A stretch of 64,000 nt of DNA from a virus: positions 1-64,000 of the IMG/VR virus record IMGVR_UViG_3300049988_000024; one strand, 5' to 3'. Made by a program: the position numbers and the translations under genes. Shown here one piece after another: positions 32,164 to 40,713 of the stretch. Position 1 is the stretch's first letter. Each line of letters begins with the position of its first letter. A model generated the notes under the pieces. The model was not told the origin of the DNA, searched no databases, and was given only the letters and a program-made list of their open reading frames with translations.

Positions 32164-32354
32164 CGATCCGTAACCACTTGTTGTAGGTTGCGTCCTGCGG
32201 TCGTGATGTCTTCTAGCGTTGCATCGCGCCACAAACAAATGGCGCGAAAGTTGATATCGTCTCCGATATACTCCTCGACTTGAAGCACGATTGCGGGCGG
32301 CTTATCGGGCTCCAGAACGACATTCCTGAAACGGCTTCGTCCGGTTAGGCTCAT
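32160..32354 (-). CDS. hypothetical protein (B4)
   Basis: ORF track 32160..32450. ATGA overlap at 32354. Confidence 0.55.
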   Translation of the reverse strand: MSLTGRSRFRNVVLEPDKPPAIVLQVEEYIGDDINFRAICLWRDATLEDITTAGRNLQQVVTDR

Positions 32355-32584
32355 AGGTCTTTCGCCTTTTCTATGCTCAGCACGCGCCACGACCACTTGT
32401 TGGGGATCGAACCCGCAGCGTTCATGGCCACTTCTGCGGCATGGTTCCAATCGCGCGCCGATACCAGCAACTCAACGTCGCGCGTTTCATAATCCAGTTC
32501 ATGTGTTCTGAGATACGGATGACGACCGTTCAAGTGAACCTTGACATGGAACGGGAATTCGGGTTTGCGGCAAAAGCAGAACAT
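32351..32584 (-). CDS. hypothetical protein (B5)
   Basis: ORF track 32351..32587. ATG at 32584 after GGAGG. Confidence 0.55.
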   Translation of the reverse strand: MFCFCRKPEFPFHVKVHLNGRHPYLRTHELDYETRDVELLVSARDWNHAAEVAMNAAGSIPNKWSWRVLSIEKAKDL

Positions 32585-32592
32585 CAAACCTC

Positions 32593-32796
32593 CTATGCGA
32601 CGTTATACGCCGCAATGGCGTCCCGAAGATCGTAACCGGAATGCACCTTCTGTCCATCGGCCCACACAACAAAATACATGACCTTTTGCATCATGTCGAT
32701 TTCAGCCGTGATGCACTTATCAGTTGTCGCATCGATATGCCGTGCCACCTGAACGTCAAGTGGTTTGATCATACTAGTGTTAAGAATTGCAGCCAT
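32593..32796 (-). CDS. hypothetical protein (B6)
   Basis: ORF track 32593..32817. ATG at 32796 after AGGAG. Confidence 0.55.
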   Translation of the reverse strand: MAAILNTSMIKPLDVQVARHIDATTDKCITAEIDMMQKVMYFVVWADGQKVHSGYDLRDAIAAYNVA

Positions 32797-32797
32797 T

Positions 32798-33016
32798 TCA
32801 GTTCTCCTTTGTTGCATTAGCGCGCTTTAGAAGCTCAGCCTTCAATTCACGCACCTCTTCCATCTTCCAGCGATGCAAATCCCATTCCTCTTCAGCTAAC
32901 TTGGTTTGCTTCCGCGCTTCGTTTTCGGCATTGCTAGCGCGCGACATGGCGTCCCACGCTTCACGTTCTAGCTCAAGCATTTCGCCATAGATGGCTTCTG
33001 TGGTTTTCCAATCCAT
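32798..33016 (-). CDS. hypothetical coiled-coil protein (B7)
   Basis: ORF track 32798..33052. ATG at 33016 after GGAG. Confidence 0.55.
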   Translation of the reverse strand: MDWKTTEAIYGEMLELEREAWDAMSRASNAENEARKQTKLAEEEWDLHRWKMEEVRELKAELLKRANATKEN

Positions 33017-33017
33017 C

Positions 33018-33245
33018 TTAGTTACTCCTCTGCATCTGAATACCGCGCGCAATCATCTCACGCATCACGACGGTTTGAACCAAAAGCTTTGACACCAAAT
33101 CCTGCTTCATGTCAAGCCGATTCATGAGATCAACGATTGCCGCATCGTCGCCTTCAAAGCGACGCGCCATCGGATTTGCGAGATTATCACAAGCCTTCAC
33201 AACATCGATAAGTTGGTCGTCAGTCATCGCGTAAACGATAAGCAT
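33018..33245 (-). CDS. hypothetical protein (B8)
   Basis: ORF track; GGAG RBS. Confidence 0.6.
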   Translation of the reverse strand: MLIVYAMTDDQLIDVVKACDNLANPMARRFEGDDAAIVDLMNRLDMKQDLVSKLLVQTVVMREMIARGIQMQRSN

Positions 33246-33272
33246 CTCGGTTCTCCGTTAAATCCGATCCAC

Positions 33273-33301
33273 CATCTATCCCATCCCACAACCCCTGTCA
33301 A
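33273..33301 (-). promoter_or_regulatory. candidate promoter of cassette B
   Basis: Minus strand TTGACA (33296-33301), 17 nt, TAGATG (33273-33278). Weak -10. Confidence 0.4.
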
Positions 33302-33330
33302 GCGCGAAATTGCCTAGCAAGAATAAAAGC

Positions 33331-33359
33331 TTGACTTTCGAATAACAATCATGTATAAT
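33331..33359 (+). promoter_or_regulatory. consensus sigma70-type promoter for the portal gene
   Basis: TTGACT (33331-33336), 17 nt, TATAAT (33354-33359). Confidence 0.75.
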
Positions 33360-33384
33360 TCGCGCTTTACCGAGGAAATACGAT

Positions 33385-34728
33385 ATGGCGCTAGGCCCGC
33401 TCAGGAACTTCCTTGGCTTTTCTGGTGCCATTGACAAGAAACCAGTTGCTCCCCTCCGCGAAATGGGCGTTTCCAACGTCCAGGTTTTCGGGGGTTTTCT
33501 TGCGACCGCCGAACGTGCGCGCCAGTTGCAGGGGCAGGAAAAGTTTCGCACCTATAACGACATCGTTTCAAATTGCTCGATTGTTGCAGCATCGATTCGT
33601 TTTTATTCCAACGTCCTGACCAACAGCGAATGGAAGGTCAACGCGCCCGACGATTCGGCGGCAGCGCAGCAATATGCTGACTTCGTTGAAGACGTGATGT
33701 ACGGCATGGAATCCTCGTGGGATCGCATCATCCGACGCGCCGCAGGATTCAAGTTCTCCGGTTGCTCCGTCAACGAATGGACGGCACGCCGTACCGAGAA
33801 CGGCCAGATCGTTTATCGCAATATCGAAGCCCGCGCCCCTGGCACCATCACGCAATGGGACCTGGATGAACAAGGCAATGTGCAAGGCTTCGTTCAGCGC
33901 GATCCTAACACGCAAGAGGAAGTCTACCTTCCTCGCGCCAAGACCATCTATCTTGTTGACGATATGCTGAGCGACCAGCCTGACGGCTTGGGCTTGCTTC
34001 GTCATTGCGCCGAACCAGCGGAACGGCTGAAGGCATATCAAATTCTTGAACAGCGCGGATATGAGCGCGACTTGCGCGGTATCCCAATTGGCCACGCACC
34101 TTATGCTGAACTTGCGGATTGGGCGGGCGACGATCCTGAACGACTGGCAAGAGCGCAACAACACACATCCGCTATTGAAAACTTTGTTTCCATGCAAGTC
34201 AAGGGCGAATCCACGGGTGTCGTTCTGGATTCGCGAACCTACACATCGCAAAGCGATACGGGTAACAGCGTTACCGGCCAGCGTCAATGGGATTTGAGCC
34301 TTCTTCAGGGCGGCGCAAATGGCTTGAGCGATATGGCCGCTGCGGTCACGCGCCTGAATACGGAGATGGCGCGTGTTCTTGGTTGCGAGATGCTTCTTCT
34401 TGGCGAAACCGCGTCGTCACAAGCCTTGTCAAAGGACAAGTCAGGCAACCTTTTTTTGAGCGTCAATTCCACGCTGAAAGACCTTACCTCACAATTCGAC
34501 AAGGACTTCATTGATCCGCTATGGGAAATGAACGGATTTCCCGATGAATACAAGCCTTACTTTTCGACAGAAGACGTTGCGAAGCGTACCGCTGAAGATA
34601 TCGCGGAAACCTTGGCAAATCTTGCGCGTGCTGCGCTTCAGCCTGACGACGAAGCCACGGATTACGTGCGTGGCATGTTGGGCGTTCCGAATCAACCCGA
34701 ATCTACTTTAGCTGTAACCGAAGTCTAA
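33385..34728 (+). CDS. portal protein (Mu gp29 / DUF935-like by general resemblance)
   Basis: 447 aa, first structural gene after terL, with a MuF-like gene downstream. The family call is from memory of similar N-termini and is not verified. Confidence 0.7.
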   Translation: MALGPLRNFLGFSGAIDKKPVAPLREMGVSNVQVFGGFLATAERARQLQGQEKFRTYNDIVSNCSIVAASIRFYSNVLTNSEWKVNAPDDSAAAQQYADFVEDVMYGMESSWDRIIRRAAGFKFSGCSVNEWTARRTENGQIVYRNIEARAPGTITQWDLDEQGNVQGFVQRDPNTQEEVYLPRAKTIYLVDDMLSDQPDGLGLLRHCAEPAERLKAYQILEQRGYERDLRGIPIGHAPYAELADWAGDDPERLARAQQHTSAIENFVSMQVKGESTGVVLDSRTYTSQSDTGNSVTGQRQWDLSLLQGGANGLSDMAAAVTRLNTEMARVLGCEMLLLGETASSQALSKDKSGNLFLSVNSTLKDLTSQFDKDFIDPLWEMNGFPDEYKPYFSTEDVAKRTAEDIAETLANLARAALQPDDEATDYVRGMLGVPNQPESTLAVTEV

Positions 34729-34737
34729 GGAATACCG

Positions 34738-36849
34738 ATGGCCAGCACGGATCGTTTCAACCGTATCGCGACCAACAATTCGCGTTATAGCTATGCTACG
34801 GCATACAACGCGAATACCAAGACGATCAGTGGCCGTGCGCCTCGCGGATCACAGGTTCCGGTTTACGTGGATAACACGTTGAATGGAACGGCCACGGCCG
34901 ATGATAGCGGTTTGTGGGCGCTTGTCCTGAGTGGTACGATCGCCCCCGGACAGACGGTCAAGACCGGCAATGCGGTTGGCAACGGCGTCAATCAGCGCAT
35001 CTTTACGATTCCGAATCCTGTTACCTTGACGGCTCTTTCCCTGGCGCCCAAGCCGCCTCATGCGCGCGTCCAGACGCCAGTTATTGGCCAGTTGTTTGAA
35101 GCGTTTATCCAGGGCGGAAGCGGCGGTACATTCAGTGTTTCGGGTGCCGGTGCGCCCGGTCTTACGGTTTCCGGTAATCTGATCTACGGTTATCCGGTGG
35201 CTGCGGGCGCGTGGAACATTGCAGAAACGCTTGACACGGCTACCAATTCGCCAAGAACGACGAATGCCGTTGCCACGACGACGAATGGTAGTGTTGTTGC
35301 GCCTGTCGCAAAACACGCCTTCGGTAATCGAATGGTCTTGCAAACGCAAGCTTTTGTTTCGATCACCAATCAAACCAACGGTGCCTATCACATGGTTGAC
35401 GTATCCCCTTCGTGGGATACGATGTCGCCTCAGTTGTCTTTTGCCGGATTCATTGCCAATGAGATTCCACTTGGCAATGATTACAACGTCGAAGGTGTTT
35501 GGATCGAAGTTGTTGGCACAAAGTATGATCTGAAGGTCAATGGTTCTACGTCGTTTGTTGTTCCAAACGGCGGCTTTGTTGTTACCGACGAAGACGATTC
35601 GATCAAGATTCCAGCTAATACCGTTATTCGTATTGGTTGGGCCAACAATGCTGCTATCGGGCTTTCCCGTCCTTCTGGCGGGGCTGTTGTGCTGCCTACT
35701 GCAACTTATGGCACTGCGGATGGTCGCGGTGATATGCTGATTGCAAGTGGTTCTTCGCTCCTCGCAACCGCAAAAGCTAATACAACGGGTAATCAGGTCG
35801 GTGTTCCTGGTGCAGCCCTTTATTACGGTGCCCCGATTGCAGCTTGCGCCAAGCCGGATGGTGCTGCGGCAATCGCTGCCGCCAAGTCTGTTCTGGTCGT
35901 TGGCGACTCGATTGGTTGGGGCGCAAACGACAATGCTTTCTTCTATGGTATGACTGCGGCAGAGGGCGGCGCGCAGGGATACGTTTCGCGCGGTCTTGGT
36001 GACACGACCAACGGTCGAATTCCTCGCATCAATCTTTGCGTTCCGGGTACGCGATATCCCGATCTCGGTGTTGGAAATCCGGCTGAGTCTGGTAGTGGTG
36101 GAACCACGGTCAAGGGCTTCGGGGTTCGTGCCGCTATTCTTGCTGCCATGGGCAATCCGTTCTCGACCATCATTTGCGAGATGGGCATCAACACGGTCTC
36201 TAACGAGACGGGCACGGCTCAGCAGATTGCGGATAACACCCGTGCCAAGGCGCTGGCTGCTTGGACGTATCTAAAGACGCTCGGCAACAAGAAGCTCATC
36301 CAGACCACGATGACGCCGCAGACTCAATCGGTCACTGACGGAGGGGCAACTAACTACTTCAAGTGGTCTAGTGCTGACGAAACAAAGCAGACGCGCGGCG
36401 CCGATGGCGCACACGTCGCGCTTGATGCGTATATCGTATCGAAGCCCGCTCCGCTGGATGCAGTGATCGACGTGCGTCCTTATCTGGAAAGCTCTAGTGG
36501 TTCCCGCAAGTGGAGCCGTCCTGCGAATCAGCAAGGTACGTTGACGGCTGCTGTTTCTGCGAACGCCACGACCTTCCAGATGACGGGGTGGTTGCCATCG
36601 CTTGGCGATGCCATCATTATGACACCGGGTGATACGACTGATACGACTGATAGTCCGGTTATCGTGGCGGTTTCCGGTAACGCCAGCGCTTCCACGATCA
36701 CGGTTCGTAACTCGTCGCAAATCACCAAGGCTCACGCCTCGGGTGATGCTGTGATTGGTATCTTCACGAACGATGGAACGCATACCACGACGCAGGGCGC
36801 GCGTGCGGCAAAGCAAGCAATCATCGCATCGAAATCTCTTATTGTCTAG
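34738..36849 (+). CDS. virion-associated SGNH/GDSL esterase with N-terminal Ig-like domain
   Basis: 703 aa. Ig-like ISGRAPRGSQVPVYVDNTLNGTATADDSGLWALVL; block I VLVVGDSIGWGAND; block V NDGTHTT. Confidence 0.6.
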   Translation: MASTDRFNRIATNNSRYSYATAYNANTKTISGRAPRGSQVPVYVDNTLNGTATADDSGLWALVLSGTIAPGQTVKTGNAVGNGVNQRIFTIPNPVTLTALSLAPKPPHARVQTPVIGQLFEAFIQGGSGGTFSVSGAGAPGLTVSGNLIYGYPVAAGAWNIAETLDTATNSPRTTNAVATTTNGSVVAPVAKHAFGNRMVLQTQAFVSITNQTNGAYHMVDVSPSWDTMSPQLSFAGFIANEIPLGNDYNVEGVWIEVVGTKYDLKVNGSTSFVVPNGGFVVTDEDDSIKIPANTVIRIGWANNAAIGLSRPSGGAVVLPTATYGTADGRGDMLIASGSSLLATAKANTTGNQVGVPGAALYYGAPIAACAKPDGAAAIAAAKSVLVVGDSIGWGANDNAFFYGMTAAEGGAQGYVSRGLGDTTNGRIPRINLCVPGTRYPDLGVGNPAESGSGGTTVKGFGVRAAILAAMGNPFSTIICEMGINTVSNETGTAQQIADNTRAKALAAWTYLKTLGNKKLIQTTMTPQTQSVTDGGATNYFKWSSADETKQTRGADGAHVALDAYIVSKPAPLDAVIDVRPYLESSSGSRKWSRPANQQGTLTAAVSANATTFQMTGWLPSLGDAIIMTPGDTTDTTDSPVIVAVSGNASASTITVRNSSQITKAHASGDAVIGIFTNDGTHTTTQGARAAKQAIIASKSLIV

Positions 36850-36866
36850 CTTAAAGGACAGCGCAA

Positions 36867-37220
36867 ATGCCCTCCTGGGAACGACTTCGTTACGATCGCG
36901 ATCTTAACTCTAATTTAGGTAATACGGGCGACTCGACCGCGCCGTTCCCGACGATTCCGACCGATGCCAACCTTGAAATGACCGATCAAACGGTTGGTAC
37001 GTCTTGGGCACCTCTTCTCGCAGCCAACGACTCGCGACAAGGCTTTCTTGTTCAGAACACGTCGCAGAATGAACTTTCGGTTCGCGTTGTGGGTTCCAAC
37101 GTGAGCGGCAACCGATTGCCGGGTTATGGCGATTCGTTTTCGCCTGACTTCAAGCCGGTGGGCGCCTACGAAATAAAGGCATCTGCCGCATCGTCCTCGT
37201 TTGTTTTAACGGTGTGGTGA
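36867..37220 (+). CDS. hypothetical structural-module protein
   Basis: ORF track. Confidence 0.6.
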   Translation: MPSWERLRYDRDLNSNLGNTGDSTAPFPTIPTDANLEMTDQTVGTSWAPLLAANDSRQGFLVQNTSQNELSVRVVGSNVSGNRLPGYGDSFSPDFKPVGAYEIKASAASSSFVLTVW

Positions 37221-37951
37221 TGCTGAGCATTCGCGCAAACCTAGACGCCCTTAAAAAGCAATTCGACCAGCTAACGCAAACTGTTAGCGGAATCAAGGTT
37301 CCCGACGTTTCCGGTCTTGCTACAAAGCAGGATGTGACAAACGTTGCGAACGCTATTCCGGTCATCCCGCCCGCGCAGGACTTGTCTAGCTACGCAACCA
37401 AGACCGCACTAACCGTCGTTGAAAACAAGATTCCTGTTGTTCCTGACATCTCCGGTCTTGCATCCAAGACAGCGCTCAGCACGGTCGAAAGCAAGATTCC
37501 TGCGGCCTCGACAGTTGCCCCTCCAAATACCGATCTTGTTCAGCAAGTTGGAACTTCCGCGAAGTTCGCGCGCGAAGACCATACGCACAAAGCCCGTATC
37601 AAACGCGCCATGGTAACGATTGGTGCGGACGGCACCGCCAAGTGGGACTTTGCGGAAGCCTTCACAATGGTTCCGATCGTTACCCATATGGTTCAAGAAA
37701 CGTCGGGACAGAATCGTGTAAACGTCATTATTACAGCCGTTTCAACCACATCTGTTACAGTATATGCCGACCGAATGCGCAATCTTCCGGTCATGCAACA
37801 GTTGAATAGCGGTCTGCTGGGAACGCTTTCTGCGGTTGTTGGTGGCGTCAATGGTCTAGTAACAGCACTTAGCGGCTACAATCTTCTTGGTGGTCCTGGT
37901 TCAGCAAATGGCGTCAAAGTACACCTTTACGCAGCCGAGCCTATTGCATAA
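37220..37951 (+). CDS. fibre-like protein
   Basis: ORF track 37214..37951 (ATG at 37220). Repeats of the type VPDVSGLATKQD / VPDISGLASKTAL. The SAKFAREDHTHK motif is seen in tail-fibre proteins. Confidence 0.55.
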   Translation: MLSIRANLDALKKQFDQLTQTVSGIKVPDVSGLATKQDVTNVANAIPVIPPAQDLSSYATKTALTVVENKIPVVPDISGLASKTALSTVESKIPAASTVAPPNTDLVQQVGTSAKFAREDHTHKARIKRAMVTIGADGTAKWDFAEAFTMVPIVTHMVQETSGQNRVNVIITAVSTTSVTVYADRMRNLPVMQQLNSGLLGTLSAVVGGVNGLVTALSGYNLLGGPGSANGVKVHLYAAEPIA

Positions 37952-37962
37952 TAAAATAACGC

Positions 37963-37991
37963 TTGACAATTAATTGCTTTTGTTGTATAAT
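37963..37991 (+). promoter_or_regulatory. perfect consensus sigma70 promoter inside the structural region
   Basis: TTGACA (37963-37968), 17 nt, TATAAT (37986-37991). Confidence 0.75.
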
Positions 37992-38014
37992 TCGCATTGT
38001 GCTTGAGGTATTGC

Positions 38015-38530
38015 ATGTCAACCGTCGAAATCGGCACCAATACATATTTTACGTATGCGACTCGCGACGAAGCCGACGCATACCTCTTGCCCACCTCCTA
38101 CAACGCAACGTGGAGCGCCCTTCAGCCCGACGAAAAGAGTGGCTATCTGGTTGAGTCCGCGCGTATCATAGACCGGCAAAAGTGGAAGGCCGACTACGAT
38201 ACGCAAGAGAAGCGTGAAGTTGTGGAAGGAATCGTGAATGGTTCAATTCTTATCGCCGCTATGCTGGCTTCTGGAGAAGCAGACTTTGTGGCGAACGCAA
38301 CTACAGCTTCCTCGACCAAACGACTGAAGGCTGGTTCCGCTGAAGTCGAATATTTCCGAGACTTTTCCCAAAGCTCGCAGAACCGTTTCCCGGTCTCGCT
38401 TATGGAATTGTTCGGCGTATATCTAGGCACCAACGGAAGCGCATCAGCCCCCGTTGGTGGTTCTTTCGTATCAGGGGTTAGCGGTTGTTCTCTGGCGTCT
38501 CAGCCATGGGGCTATTCGTTAGGAATTTGA
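38015..38530 (+). CDS. head-tail connector (gp6-like) protein
   Basis: ORF track 37997..38530. ATG at 38015 after GAGG. YFTYATRDEADAYLL...W..L....K..YLVESARIID resembles gp6-type connectors. Confidence 0.5.
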   Translation: MSTVEIGTNTYFTYATRDEADAYLLPTSYNATWSALQPDEKSGYLVESARIIDRQKWKADYDTQEKREVVEGIVNGSILIAAMLASGEADFVANATTASSTKRLKAGSAEVEYFRDFSQSSQNRFPVSLMELFGVYLGTNGSASAPVGGSFVSGVSGCSLASQPWGYSLGI

Positions 38531-38678
38531 TCAACCTGCTAATCTGTTCGTTGATCAAAACTACTTCTTCTTCATTAACAGCAGTAGTTATTCGAAAGAT
38601 CATATCCCCATCTGATTCAATTTCGAGTTCAAACCGATCCCCATCCTCATTCGTAAAATACTGGCCTGATACCGGCAT
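38478..38678 (-). CDS. AT-rich antisense small acidic protein (moron candidate)
   Basis: ORF track. GGGAGAAG RBS before the ATG at 38678. Candidate promoter TTGACG (38739-38744), 17 nt, TATGTC (38716-38721). Overlaps the connector gene 3' end by 53 nt. Confidence 0.45.
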   Translation of the reverse strand: MPVSGQYFTNEDGDRFELEIESDGDMIFRITTAVNEEEVVLINEQISRLIKFLTNSPMAETPENNR

Positions 38679-39708
38679 GATTCACTTCTCCCTTATCGCA
38701 AAAGCGCGAGAAGATGACATAGCACGAATTCAAGCTTTCGTCAAGAGCGTCGAAAACACCTTTCTGAAAGCCTTCCTTCGCTATCTGACCAATGCCGCTT
38801 CGGATGAAATGGTGGCTGAGGTCGCCAAGCTGATCGAAGCGAATCGTCAAGGCGACATCTCGGTTTACCTAGACCAATTCGCCAAGAGCTTTGAAGGCAC
38901 GATCTTTGACGCGGTAATCGCCGCAGCCCGATTTGAAGACGACATGAGTGGGCCGGAAATCCTGCGCGTTGCGCGTAAGACATTTCCTGATGGCGGGCCA
39001 GTTGTCGGCATCAGCTTCAATCCTGGCAATCCTCGCGCCGCTGAACTTGTGCAACAGCAAGCCGCACGCCTTGTTCGCGAGATCGGCGAATCCACGCGCG
39101 CTGTTGTGACGGATGCCTTGATCGAAGGGCAAAACAACGGATACGGAGCGCGCAAGACCGCGCAAACAATCAAGGACAATATCGGCCTAACCGAGCGCCA
39201 GCTTGCAGCGGTCAAGAATTACCGCAAGCTTCTCGAAGAAGGTTCATCAGAGGCTTTGAATCGCGAGCTACGTGACAAGCGATCCGATCGCACCGTCGCC
39301 AACGCCAAAGACAAGCCGCTTACCTCTGCGCAAATCGATAAGATGGTGGTGCGGTACAAGGAAAAGTATATCCAATACCGCGCTCAGGTGATCGCACGAA
39401 CGGAAGCCGCCGAAGCCGTATCAAATGGCCGCACGGAAGCGCTTCGCCAGCAACTGGAAGCGACAGGACTTGGCGATAATGCAGTTGAGCGCACGTGGGC
39501 CGCAACAAAGGACAAACGCACCCGCACATCGCATAAACACGGCGGGCTAGACGGCCAGAAGGTTCGTGGCGTCGATACGCCTTTTACGTCGCCATTGACG
39601 GGCGCAAAGTTAAAGGCCCCTGGCGATCGTTCGCTAGGAGCCCCCGCTTCGGAAGTTGTTCAATGTCGGTGTACAGTTACGCACCGCATTTTACTTGAAG
39701 ATCAATAA
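38677..39708 (+). CDS. MuF / SPP1 gp7-like minor head (head morphogenesis) protein
   Basis: ORF track 38485..39708. The first 64 codons look like an antisense shadow, so the start is taken at MIHFSL (38677), though uncertain. The C-terminal half (RTEAAEAVSNGR...TRTSHKHGGLDGQ...QCRC) is MuF-like. Confidence 0.65.
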   Translation: MIHFSLIAKAREDDIARIQAFVKSVENTFLKAFLRYLTNAASDEMVAEVAKLIEANRQGDISVYLDQFAKSFEGTIFDAVIAAARFEDDMSGPEILRVARKTFPDGGPVVGISFNPGNPRAAELVQQQAARLVREIGESTRAVVTDALIEGQNNGYGARKTAQTIKDNIGLTERQLAAVKNYRKLLEEGSSEALNRELRDKRSDRTVANAKDKPLTSAQIDKMVVRYKEKYIQYRAQVIARTEAAEAVSNGRTEALRQQLEATGLGDNAVERTWAATKDKRTRTSHKHGGLDGQKVRGVDTPFTSPLTGAKLKAPGDRSLGAPASEVVQCRCTVTHRILLEDQ

Positions 39709-40085
39709 TCTTCTTCATCAAGAGAATCACCAGTTTCGATTCGCAAGATTTTGTTTCCGCCGTCAAGAGAAATAACACCTTCGATGTCTATCGATATGTT
39801 GGGCGGAAATTCAAATTCATGAAGAACAAGACAAAAATCTGGCTCGTCGCCTTCTAAATATTCAACGAAGCCGATAAGGCCACTATCTACGGGATAATTA
39901 TTTCCTTCATTATCTGGATATTCGCCGTCTCCATAAAGAGTAGAAGCCCCGCCAACGTAACGACCATTAAAACTCAACACATTGGGCGGACTGAAATACC
40001 CAGAAGATTCTAGAAGTTTCATCCAGTTATCCCCTTCTTTGAAGGCATGATGATAGCATGGATCGCCAACCAAAAACTTTCGCAT
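39702..40085 (-). CDS. AT-rich antisense gene, DUF4241-like / immunity-protein-like (tentative)
   Basis: ORF track; AGGAGA RBS. STLYGDGEYPDNEGNNYPVDSGLIGF recalls the GDG.YP..VDSG pattern of DUF4241-type proteins (from memory). Confidence 0.6.
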   Translation of the reverse strand: MRKFLVGDPCYHHAFKEGDNWMKLLESSGYFSPPNVLSFNGRYVGGASTLYGDGEYPDNEGNNYPVDSGLIGFVEYLEGDEPDFCLVLHEFEFPPNISIDIEGVISLDGGNKILRIETGDSLDEEDY

Positions 40086-40111
40086 TTCAATCTCCTATCG
40101 GCCCATCGCCA

Positions 40112-40321
40112 ATGACCAACATACAACGTTTCGCCAAGAATGCAACCCCCGCTGAGACTTTTCGCGAACACAGCCCTGCGGAACACCGCTTTCTCACAGC
40201 TACCATTGTTCGCCTGACCGAAACCAACGACGCAACTGCCGAGTACCTTTTGCAGGAAATTATCAACAAATTGTATCGGTCGGCTGACGAACGCCTGCGG
40301 GAAATGGGAATTCGTACATGA
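40112..40321 (+). CDS. hypothetical protein
   Basis: ORF track 40058..40321. The start is moved to 40112 to clear the divergent gene. Confidence 0.45.
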   Translation: MTNIQRFAKNATPAETFREHSPAEHRFLTATIVRLTETNDATAEYLLQEIINKLYRSADERLREMGIRT

Positions 40322-40713
40322 GTGAAGACGTTTCGACGGTTGGCGATATTCTAAGCACCGATGCCGAACACCGTGTTGTTTATGGCTGGGCTTCCGTGAT
40401 TTCGGAAGACGGTAAACCGGTGGAAGACCTTCAAGGCGATATCATCAAGTCTTCTGAACTTGTTTATGCCACCACAGAATTCATGAAGTCGGCGCGCGAC
40501 GCAAAGCACATGCACGCTGGAGCGCCCGTTGGACAGGTCGTTCATTCGTTCCCTTTTACCGCTGATATCGCTAAGTCTCTAGGACTAGAATCTAATCGAG
40601 AGGGTTGGATTGTAGGCGTCTACGTTGCTGATGATACGGTTTGGAAGTCCGTAAAAGACGGTACGTTGTCCGCTTTCAGCATCGGTGGAAATGCTCAAAG
40701 GGTTAATATCTGA
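40318..40713 (+). CDS. XkdF-like putative prohead protease
   Basis: HRVVYGWASVISEDGKPVEDLQGDII...HMHAG...GWIVGVYVADDTVWKSVKDGTLSAFSIGG resembles XkdF-family proteins. Lies upstream of the scaffold gene. Confidence 0.55.
   Translation: MSEDVSTVGDILSTDAEHRVVYGWASVISEDGKPVEDLQGDIIKSSELVYATTEFMKSARDAKHMHAGAPVGQVVHSFPFTADIAKSLGLESNREGWIVGVYVADDTVWKSVKDGTLSAFSIGGNAQRVNI

Noticed and set aside
38485-38676. The 64-codon N-terminal extension of the MuF-like ORF given by the ORF track.
   Set aside because: The extension is Ser-rich and of low complexity. It is exactly antisense to a better-looking minus-strand ORF with a strong RBS, so it was treated as a shadow frame.
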